64,000 nucleotides of DNA from an uncultured Candidatus Saccharibacteria bacterium (GTDB taxonomy: Bacteria; Patescibacteriota; Saccharimonadia; Saccharimonadales; JAUPVS01): NCBI GenBank assembly GCA_964627095.1, contig CAZVKH010000001.1, positions 86,337 through 150,336 of the forward strand, written 5' to 3'. The notes below the pieces were generated by a model. That model did not search any database, was not told the DNA's origin, and saw nothing but the letters and a program-made list of their open reading frames with translations. Every line of letters begins with the position of its first letter. The stretch's first letter is position 1. Position numbers and translations under genes: made by a program. Of the stretch, positions 10,967 to 18,621 are shown piece after piece.

Positions 10967-11615
10967 GCAGCACGTCAGAACACAAAATTGTCTTTGCGGC
11001 GGTTTTGAGCGCCTGCGTCGGTTCTTCATATATGGAAGCTTGACTACTTAAAAAATGCTCCACGAGAGGGCGCTTCGCTTCACCTGTTGAGTTAATAAAA
11101 ACCACGTCGAGTTTACTAATAAGCGCGGGAGTAATAGTAAGGTGTTCGATTTCATCCCGAGCATAACTAACTGCTAGTTTTTGCATTTCATGGGCGGCCG
11201 AGCTGTTGGGCTGAATGCCACCGGTATGAAAACCGGCTCCAAGTCCAAATTGTCCAATAGTAAAGTCAGCCCAAGCTAATGCGCTGTTCAAATTATCTTC
11301 GTACCGCTTTCCGCAAGACTCGAGCGAAACATTCTCTTGTAAGATGGTCTCTATGGGAAAGTTGGCCGTATCTAATTGTTGCCAATTCTTGCCAGACGCC
11401 GTGACCGCTGGGCGATAGTCATCAACTAAAGCAACTCTCAAGTTTGCCGGGCGACCAAGTAGCTTCATAACATCAACCGCTACCGGCACCGATGACCCTC
11501 CCGAAACTAACCACAGTACTTTTTTATTTTGTTCGAGGGACTTCGTGAGCAAACTAGCCAGCTGATCACTAACCTGGCTGCTAGATGCTACGGCTACTTT
11601 TTGTACTTCATGCAT
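10956..11615 (-). CDS. 6-phosphogluconolactonase / glucosamine-6-P isomerase-fold protein (divergent)
   Basis: VLWLVSGGSSV resembles the (L/V)SGGS(T/S) loop of the family. GLGAGFHTGGIQP occupies the place of the usual G-x-G-x-DGHTAS loop. I moved the start to the ATG at 11615 (MHEVQK, preceded by AAAGGGG) because the track start at 11648 overlaps the divergent GT2 start. Confidence 0.45.
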   Translation of the reverse strand: MHEVQKVAVASSSQVSDQLASLLTKSLEQNKKVLWLVSGGSSVPVAVDVMKLLGRPANLRVALVDDYRPAVTASGKNWQQLDTANFPIETILQENVSLESCGKRYEDNLNSALAWADFTIGQFGLGAGFHTGGIQPNSSAAHEMQKLAVSYARDEIEHLTITPALISKLDVVFINSTGEAKRPLVEHFLSSQASIYEEPTQALKTAAKTILCSDVLPKP

Positions 11616-11646
11616 ATATCGCCCCTTTCTTGGTATAGTATAGTTC

Positions 11647-12420
11647 ATGAAACGTCCAAAGATACTGGTAGCTATCCCAGCCTATAACTGCGAAAAACAA
11701 ATTCCCCGGGTCTTAAATGGGTTTAACAAAAAGCTGTTGGCTCGTATCGATAAAGTCATCGTCATCGATAACGGTAGTAAAGATGGCACAATCGCTGCTA
11801 CCAAGAAAAAGGCCAAAGAAATGGGCAGCAATAAAATCGAAGTCTGGAAAAATAAGGGCAACTACAATTTGGGGGGAACCCATAAGGTGGCCTTCTTAAC
11901 TGGTGAAAAACTCGGCATGGACTACGTAGCGATTTTGCACGGCGACGATCAAGCTAAAACATCCGAACTCAATGACCTCATCGATGTCGCCGAAAAAAAC
12001 AGCCAAGCCGGCGCCATCCTAGGCTGCCGTTTCATGAAAGGTTCTAAGCTTATTGGCTACGATTGGCAACGAATCTGGGGCAACCGGGTTATTAATGGTG
12101 TTTACAGCATCGTCGCTCTCCGCTCCAGTCGCGATATTGGATCGGGTCTGAACCTTTTCCGCCTAGAAGACCTTAAAGACCATAACTATCTTGGGTTTGG
12201 CGACACAATCACCTTTAATATCGACATACTGCTTGATTACTTCGAGAAAAAAACCAAACTTATTTTTGTACCAATCACCTGGCGAGAAGAGGATCAAATC
12301 AGCAACGCTCGTAACTTTAGCGTCGCAAACACCGCCTTTAAAAAATTATTCGCCTGGCGTTTTGGCAAAACCAAACACTCACCAAAACCAGCTAGCTATT
12401 ATAAGTCCGGAAAAGTCTAG
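11647..12420 (+). CDS. glycosyltransferase family 2 (GtrB/GacI-like polyprenyl-phosphate sugar synthase candidate)
   Basis: ILVAIPAYNCEKQIPRVL..VIVIDNGSKDGT..LHGDDQ fits a GT-A fold with a DxD-type motif. It is a small (257 aa) soluble GT2. Confidence 0.8.
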   Translation: MKRPKILVAIPAYNCEKQIPRVLNGFNKKLLARIDKVIVIDNGSKDGTIAATKKKAKEMGSNKIEVWKNKGNYNLGGTHKVAFLTGEKLGMDYVAILHGDDQAKTSELNDLIDVAEKNSQAGAILGCRFMKGSKLIGYDWQRIWGNRVINGVYSIVALRSSRDIGSGLNLFRLEDLKDHNYLGFGDTITFNIDILLDYFEKKTKLIFVPITWREEDQISNARNFSVANTAFKKLFAWRFGKTKHSPKPASYYKSGKV

Positions 12421-12422
12421 AC

Positions 12423-13157
12423 ATGCCTAAGCTACAGATTGTCATGCCAATGGCCGGCTTAGGTTCACGATTTGCCGATGCCGGTTTTACTACCCCAAAA
12501 CCACTCATCGAAGTTGATGGTATGGTCATGTTCCTTAAGGCAATTTCGAGCCTCAAAGAAATTAAGGCCGACAAAGAGTATTTCTTTGTAATTCGCCAGG
12601 AGCACGTCGACACTCAACAGCTTGATGACCTCATTCGCAAAGCCCTTCCTTCGGCAAAAATAATTGTTCTGCCGGAATTAACTCGAGGAGCCGCCGAGAC
12701 TGCATTTGCAACTCGCAATTTACTCGACCCCAAAGCCGCTGTCATTATTATGGACTGCGACTTATGGTTTAACAGTGCCAGCTACGATGCTATGGTGCAA
12801 GATTCTATTAACGGTGACAGCGATATTAACGGCGGTGTCTTAACATTCACAGCCGATAACCCACGTTATAGCTATGCTAAGTTTGGCGAAGATTGCATTG
12901 TTACCGAAACCGCCGAAAAGCGAGTCATTTCGGACCACGCCATCACCGGTGCTTACTTTTTTGCAACCGCTCAAGAGTTCATTAATTCTGGTGATACGCT
13001 CCTGCAAACACCGCTCGGTGATTTGATGCCTGAATACTACATCTCTTTACTGTACAATGTACTCATAAATGAAGGTAAAAAAATCAAAGCCGCCAAAGTC
13101 GACGACTTCGCATCGTTCGGCACTCCCGAAGAGCTCAACGCCTACCAAGCCAACTAG
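12423..13157 (+). CDS. sugar-phosphate nucleotidyltransferase-fold protein
   Basis: The N-terminal IVMPMAGLGSRFADAGFTTPKPLIEVDGMVM matches the G-x-G-(S/T)-R pyrophosphorylase loop plus the PKPL motif. Length is 244 aa. Sugar specificity is unknown. Confidence 0.6.
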   Translation: MPKLQIVMPMAGLGSRFADAGFTTPKPLIEVDGMVMFLKAISSLKEIKADKEYFFVIRQEHVDTQQLDDLIRKALPSAKIIVLPELTRGAAETAFATRNLLDPKAAVIIMDCDLWFNSASYDAMVQDSINGDSDINGGVLTFTADNPRYSYAKFGEDCIVTETAEKRVISDHAITGAYFFATAQEFINSGDTLLQTPLGDLMPEYYISLLYNVLINEGKKIKAAKVDDFASFGTPEELNAYQAN

Positions 13158-14979
13158 TCGACTTTCGATACCAATTAATAATCCGCTTCTCCGCAAATTT
13201 TTAGTTGGCTTTTTACTTTTCAGCCTCTGGTTGGTTGCCAGCTACATCTTCTATCGACGCTTCCCGAACAACTATCTACAGCCTAACTTTTACGCCGAAG
13301 ATGGTCATGTCTTAGCTCAAGGCATTGTTAACAAAGGTTTCATTCCGGCCATGTTAACCACCTTCAACGGCTACTACATCTGGGGTTTGTACATGCTGGC
13401 CAAGGTTGGCTTTGTTTTAAATGCCATTTTCTATGATGGTGAGTTCGTTAACTTGCCACGATCCTTTGCGCTAGTCTCATATGGCTTCCTTGGCTTTGCC
13501 GTCACCCTGCCAGTCTTTCTGTTTCGAAAGTACTTCAAACCGGCGGCTCTTGTACTGATTGTCCTGCTTGGGCTGTTCGTGCCAATGATTGGTTCCGATT
13601 ATGCCATCATCGGAACCATCGGCAATCACAAATTTGCTTTCATATATATTGCCTTCCTACTGCTCATCTACCGCAATATCATGCCCGAGAATTCCAAAAA
13701 AGTTTATCTAGTCGATATCGGCCTGCTCATTTGCGCCTACACCAATATTACTGTTTACCCATTACTAGTATTCGCGCTGATCCGCTATATACCTAAGCTA
13801 AAAGGTAAAGATTTCTACAAGAAATTACTCAAAGACCGCACCTTCAAGAGCCTGATTGGACTCGGTCTACTGCTATTACCTCAGTTAATTATTGTTAAAA
13901 TTTACGGTGTTCCACAAATTAAGGGCTACCTGGATACACCATACAACCCAGCCCGTACTATTGAAATATTCATATCGCGCTCCTACTTTTACGGCCTCCT
14001 CTTCCCTATCAATAAACACCTAACTGATGTGATTGTCGTTCTACTGGCATTAGTAACCGTAGTTACCGGCACACTCTTCAGCGGTAAATACCGGAAGATC
14101 TTTTGGTTCGGGGTAGCCACAATTTTCTTAGCTACCTTCTTGTTCGTTATCAAGCGAACGGGTATTAGCGACTCTTACCTAGGCTATCGAGCTGGTGGGC
14201 CCGATCAATTCTTCTATCCACAAAACTGGATTTTCGGGTTCATCTTCTGTTTAGTCTTAGTAGAAGTTATTAGCAAAATAAAATTATTCTACATCCGAGC
14301 CGCGATATATGCGGCACTCATTTTTATAAGCCTTTTTGTACTAGCAAAGTCTGCCGGAAGCTACGGCTCCAGTAACTTCATGGCCGAAGATGTTGGTACT
14401 ATCTATGCTATCAGTAAACAACGCTGTTCCACCAACCAAGCCGAGTTCGATATCCCGGTCTACCCTTCACCAAATCTTCTCTACTTCGAAGACGCCCCAC
14501 GAGCTTTAGTTTGCACGCCAGATGCCGTTAATTACTATCCGCGCGACATCTCGTTTGGCCTCAAGCCATTCGAAAACAACTATCTTGCCGGCCTGGGCGA
14601 AAAGAATAACTTCACCCAAACCTTCAAGTCTCCTCAAGATAAACTCGATGGCCTGAACATCTACTTCTCGACGTTTATGCAAAAGGTCGACACGCCTTAC
14701 AATCTTGTCATTATGAAAGATGATTGCAAAACAGTCGTTACCAGCACCGCCATCCGTACTACAAAGCTTAAAGATAATAGTTATTCGCTTATTAAATTCC
14801 CGGTTCAGGACAATTCCAAAGATGTAACCTACTGCTTCACTATCATCCCTGACGGTGATGGCCCCAATGACCCACTGGCAGTTCAGCTCAGCGATGAAAC
14901 AACCTACCCAGAGGGAATCACCACAATTAATGACCAAGTATCTTCCAAGGACGTTGTCTTTAGTTTGCACTATAGGTAG
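13069..14979 (+). CDS. large polytopic membrane protein with a C-terminal extracytoplasmic domain (GT-C-like glycan-modifying candidate)
   Basis: About 12 hydrophobic segments (residues ~45-440) precede a soluble domain of roughly 190 aa. The only ATG upstream of the first TM overlaps the preceding gene by 89 nt, and no ATG/GTG/TTG lies between 13158 and the first TM, so the start is uncertain. Confidence 0.6.
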   Translation: MKVKKSKPPKSTTSHRSALPKSSTPTKPTSRLSIPINNPLLRKFLVGFLLFSLWLVASYIFYRRFPNNYLQPNFYAEDGHVLAQGIVNKGFIPAMLTTFNGYYIWGLYMLAKVGFVLNAIFYDGEFVNLPRSFALVSYGFLGFAVTLPVFLFRKYFKPAALVLIVLLGLFVPMIGSDYAIIGTIGNHKFAFIYIAFLLLIYRNIMPENSKKVYLVDIGLLICAYTNITVYPLLVFALIRYIPKLKGKDFYKKLLKDRTFKSLIGLGLLLLPQLIIVKIYGVPQIKGYLDTPYNPARTIEIFISRSYFYGLLFPINKHLTDVIVVLLALVTVVTGTLFSGKYRKIFWFGVATIFLATFLFVIKRTGISDSYLGYRAGGPDQFFYPQNWIFGFIFCLVLVEVISKIKLFYIRAAIYAALIFISLFVLAKSAGSYGSSNFMAEDVGTIYAISKQRCSTNQAEFDIPVYPSPNLLYFEDAPRALVCTPDAVNYYPRDISFGLKPFENNYLAGLGEKNNFTQTFKSPQDKLDGLNIYFSTFMQKVDTPYNLVIMKDDCKTVVTSTAIRTTKLKDNSYSLIKFPVQDNSKDVTYCFTIIPDGDGPNDPLAVQLSDETTYPEGITTINDQVSSKDVVFSLHYR

Positions 14980-14988
14980 GATGTATAC

Positions 14989-15543
14989 ATGATTTCGAGC
15001 TTCATTTTTGATCTGGATGGGACCCTATTCGACTCGTCCGAAGCAAATGTCGCCGCCTACTCACAAGCCTTCAAAGCAGCCGGTGTTGAGTTTAACGAAA
15101 ATAAGTATCGTCAATTATTCGGTCTAAGGTTCTCTGAAATGATTGATGCAATCGCACCTGGCACCAACGACGAGGTTAAGGCAAAGATTAAAACCGCTAA
15201 AGCCGAATCGTACAAAGCCAATCTAGCGCTCGTCAAACCAAATAATGGTCTGATTAAACTCCTTGAAGCTGTTAGCCCAGGCTTCTCAACTGCACTTGTC
15301 ACCACTGCAAGCAAAACCAACGTCACAAATCTTCTAAAGCACTTCAACATCGCCGAAGACTTATTTAAGGTGATTATTACAGGGGAAGATGTAACCAACG
15401 GCAAACCCGACCCTGAGTGCTACCTTAAGACCATCGAAGCTTTGGCTGTAAAACCAGAAGATTGTTGCGTTTTTGAAGACAGCCCGGTTGGTATTGAAGC
15501 TGCCCGGAAGGCCGGCATAGAAGTCATAAAGATCGCCTTATGA
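14989..15543 (+). CDS. HAD-superfamily phosphatase (beta-phosphoglucomutase-like subfamily IA)
   Basis: Motif I is FIFDLDGTLFDS, motif II is LVTTASK, and motifs III-IV are GKPDPE ... VFEDSPVGIEAARKAG. Confidence 0.85.
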   Translation: MISSFIFDLDGTLFDSSEANVAAYSQAFKAAGVEFNENKYRQLFGLRFSEMIDAIAPGTNDEVKAKIKTAKAESYKANLALVKPNNGLIKLLEAVSPGFSTALVTTASKTNVTNLLKHFNIAEDLFKVIITGEDVTNGKPDPECYLKTIEALAVKPEDCCVFEDSPVGIEAARKAGIEVIKIAL

Positions 15544-17627
15544 GATTGCGATTACTGTTTTTTGCCATCCTCATTATTAGCACCTACTTTGGCGCGACCT
15601 ACTTTATTGATTTCCTGCAGCAAAATCCAGGCATCACAAGTAAAGTAACGCTGAGTTTTGTCATTTTTGTAGTGATTTCAATTGCTCTTCAAATGACGGG
15701 TAATATTGCCCGAGCTGCAAAATCACAATTCCTTTTAAACGATATCCGTGACAGCAAGATTTCGACATTATTTAAGGGCTTGTCGGTTGGTTACCTTTTT
15801 AACAGTCTACTGCCGCTACGGCTAGGCGAGTTCATTCGGGCATTTTATGTTGGTGATGCCCTGTCAATCAGCAAGACAACTGTCTTTATGTCGATTGTGA
15901 TCGAGCGAGTTGTTGATGGTTTCATACTGAGCGTCTGTTTCTTTGCGGCTGGCTTTTTTATCCGCAATACTTCGACCGATGCCTACCAAGTTATGACTCG
16001 CTTTGGCATTGGCCTGTTTATCGTTTCGCTCCTACTCATGCTCATCATCAAAGTCCTCAGTGATGAGAACAAGTACTTACTAAAAACCGTTCATGCCGTT
16101 ACCGGAATATTCAATGACAACATTTCAAATCGGCTACGACTAATGGCCTGGTCGGGAATTTACGGAACCAAACTGATGCTCCAAAATAAACCTGCCCTCC
16201 GCCGCTACTACCTAGCTTCAGTTGGTATGTGGGTTATCTACTTTGCATCAACGGCTTGCATTGTCTTTGCATTCTTTGGCACACTATCGGCCTCTAAGAT
16301 CTGGTATGTCATTCAATCGACCTACGCCAGCGTCAGCACACCAGTCGGCCCCGGTTACATTGGCAGTTTCTACTCTCTAGCCAGTCGCCTCCTTAGCTAT
16401 ATCGGACTCGATTCTGTCGGCGGTTTTGTCGTCTTTATGTGGTTAATTATTGTTCTACCGGTTTCATTAGTCGGCTTATTTGTTTTGGCCAAACAACGTC
16501 TTGGCGAGAAAAAGGATATCCCCAAACAAGAAGTACTTATCAACAAACTCTACCGTGAAAAAGATATTAGCACCGAGTTTGGCAACTTCCTTGATGCCTA
16601 CTTTACCGGTGAACGAATTAACCATCTCTTAACCCAGGCCGAGCTCAATGACCGCTTCCGTTTAATTAAATCTTTTAAGGGTGGATCCAACGCCCACACC
16701 ATGCTGGTTTGGCAAAACGACGAAATGCGCGTTAAAAAAATAACTTTGCTGCAGTACGCCGACAAGCTAGAAGACCAAGCTAAGTGGCTACTCGAAAAAG
16801 ACAATCTGCCACATTTGCCAAAAGTCGTTGATCAAGAAAAGAACGACCAATACTATTCTTTCGACCTTGCCTACAAAGAGGATTACTTCCCGTTCTTTGA
16901 TTACATCCATAAACGCAGTAGCAAGCAAAGCTCAGCGGTTCTCGATAAAGTTTTAACCTTTATGAATAAGCACATTTACCAGAATACTCCGGTTAAAGAA
17001 AACCGCGACAATCTTGATAACTACATAAAAAACAAAATTCTCGCCAAGGTAACCGACACCGCCAACGTTAATAGCGAAATTAGCCACCTAATGATTCACA
17101 AGAAAATTAATATTAACGGCAACACTCACACTAACCTGGTTCACATTATTGAGAAGATCAAAAAACACAAACAGGCTATGAAAGAATTGTCGTTGTATAA
17201 CGAAACTCAGATACACGGCGACCTCACAATTGATAACTTAATCGTATCCGATAAAGGCGACTTCATGGTGATCGACCCGAATAACGAAAATCAAGTTTCT
17301 TCCCCTGTTGTTGATTTCGGCAAACTCTATCAATCCCTCCACTCTGGTTACGAATTCTTAATCCAACTGGAACAATGTCAGATCAATGGCAATACGGTTA
17401 ACTATGAAGATGCAAAATCTCAAAAATATGAAGAAATATTTAAGAATCTTGATGCTAAATTGAAAGAATCATTAAAACCAGAAGACTACCGAGCAATCTT
17501 ATTCCACGAGGCTGTTCACTATTGCCGCATGTTAACCTATCGAGCTAACATTAACCCGCAAACAGTGGCTGTATTTTACGGAACCGCTGTAAAGCTGTTT
17601 AATGAGTTCTTGGAACAATATGAATAG
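15540..17627 (+). CDS. fusion protein: N-terminal flippase-like / LPG-synthase-TM-type membrane domain plus C-terminal APH/choline-kinase-fold phosphotransferase
   Basis: Residues 1-330 hold about 8 TM helices of the UPF0104 'flippase-like' style (LRLGEFIRAFYV). The C-terminal domain carries the Brenner motif IHGDLTIDN (HxDxxxxN) followed by MVIDPNNE. An ATGA overlap with the HAD gene indicates translational coupling. Confidence 0.7.
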   Translation: MRLRLLFFAILIISTYFGATYFIDFLQQNPGITSKVTLSFVIFVVISIALQMTGNIARAAKSQFLLNDIRDSKISTLFKGLSVGYLFNSLLPLRLGEFIRAFYVGDALSISKTTVFMSIVIERVVDGFILSVCFFAAGFFIRNTSTDAYQVMTRFGIGLFIVSLLLMLIIKVLSDENKYLLKTVHAVTGIFNDNISNRLRLMAWSGIYGTKLMLQNKPALRRYYLASVGMWVIYFASTACIVFAFFGTLSASKIWYVIQSTYASVSTPVGPGYIGSFYSLASRLLSYIGLDSVGGFVVFMWLIIVLPVSLVGLFVLAKQRLGEKKDIPKQEVLINKLYREKDISTEFGNFLDAYFTGERINHLLTQAELNDRFRLIKSFKGGSNAHTMLVWQNDEMRVKKITLLQYADKLEDQAKWLLEKDNLPHLPKVVDQEKNDQYYSFDLAYKEDYFPFFDYIHKRSSKQSSAVLDKVLTFMNKHIYQNTPVKENRDNLDNYIKNKILAKVTDTANVNSEISHLMIHKKININGNTHTNLVHIIEKIKKHKQAMKELSLYNETQIHGDLTIDNLIVSDKGDFMVIDPNNENQVSSPVVDFGKLYQSLHSGYEFLIQLEQCQINGNTVNYEDAKSQKYEEIFKNLDAKLKESLKPEDYRAILFHEAVHYCRMLTYRANINPQTVAVFYGTAVKLFNEFLEQYE

Positions 17628-18021
17628 CCTTATTTCAAAAACATTCAAGAAACCAATCATGCGCTACCTCGTCTTAGCCGGCTGTCTCGTTGTCGTAGAA
17701 GTACTGAGTTTTGCCCTCTTAAATTCTGCACTTGGTTTGAGCTACTTAATCGCCACGCCAATCAGCATGATTATCGTCATCTTCTTAAACTGGCACCTTG
17801 GTCGATTGTTTGTTTTTACCGACAAACGCTACCGAGCCCGAACTGAGTTCGCCTTAGTACTAACCGCCAGCCTGGTCGGACTTTGTATCCAATTAGCCGT
17901 TACTGCCTTCTTTGTGGAAGTTGTTAGAATTATGCCGATTATCGGAAAATGCCTGGCTATCGGGGTGACTTTTTTCTGGAACTACTGGATACGTAAAAAC
18001 TACATATTCAAATCCCGCTAA
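17602..18021 (+). CDS. GtrA family membrane protein (second copy)
   Basis: Four TM helices and a C-terminal FFWNYWIRKNYIF. An alternative ATG at 17620 (MNSLISK) would reduce the overlap with the upstream gene to 8 nt. Confidence 0.75.
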   Translation: MSSWNNMNSLISKTFKKPIMRYLVLAGCLVVVEVLSFALLNSALGLSYLIATPISMIIVIFLNWHLGRLFVFTDKRYRARTEFALVLTASLVGLCIQLAVTAFFVEVVRIMPIIGKCLAIGVTFFWNYWIRKNYIFKSR

Positions 18022-18024
18022 TTT

Positions 18025-18054
18025 TGACTTAAGATAGTTTTTATGCTTATAATG
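18025..18054 (+). promoter_or_regulatory. sigma-70-like promoter candidate for the 18090 gene
   Basis: TTGACT (18025-18030), an 18-nt spacer, then TATAAT (18049-18054). It lies about 35 nt upstream of an ATG that is preceded by GGGGAAA. Confidence 0.4.
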
Positions 18055-18089
18055 TAGTCTACCGAACATCGACTATTACAGGGGAAATT

Positions 18090-18617
18090 ATGAAAAAATT
18101 CTTAACCAAAAAAAATCTTATAATCTTGGCAGCTGCCGTCCTCCTTGTGGGTGGTGGCGTCTATGCGTACAGCCGCTATCAAAGTAATCGTGATGCCGAT
18201 TCGGGCACCAACATAAACAATGTCGACTACGGCCCGCCGACCCCCGAAGAACAAGCTGCTGGTGACGAACAAAAAACCGAGAATACCGAGAAAGAAGGTA
18301 ACATTAACGCCACTCCAAGTAAAACAGCCAACATCGTCCTAATCGATGCCAACCAGTATTTTGACATCTTCGAAGTTCGGGCCTATATTTCAAACCAATA
18401 CGAAGATGGCGGAACTTGTACGGCAACCTTTACCAAGGATGGCCAAACCGTTCGCCAAACAAGCAACGCCTTTAAAGATGCCTCAACCACGCAGTGTGGT
18501 GCCCTCGACATAGCCCGATCACGTTTTCCAACAGTCGGTGACTGGCAACTCATCGTTGAATACTCTTCACCAACTTCAAGTGGTCAAACAACAACTCAAA
18601 CGGTAACTGTTAAATAA
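18090..18617 (+). CDS. membrane-anchored or secreted protein of unknown function
   Basis: An N-terminal hydrophobic anchor (LIILAAAVLLVGGGVYAY) is followed by an acidic low-complexity linker and a roughly 90-aa two-cysteine beta-rich domain. Confidence 0.6.
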   Translation: MKKFLTKKNLIILAAAVLLVGGGVYAYSRYQSNRDADSGTNINNVDYGPPTPEEQAAGDEQKTENTEKEGNINATPSKTANIVLIDANQYFDIFEVRAYISNQYEDGGTCTATFTKDGQTVRQTSNAFKDASTTQCGALDIARSRFPTVGDWQLIVEYSSPTSSGQTTTQTVTVK

Positions 18618-18621
18618 AAAT

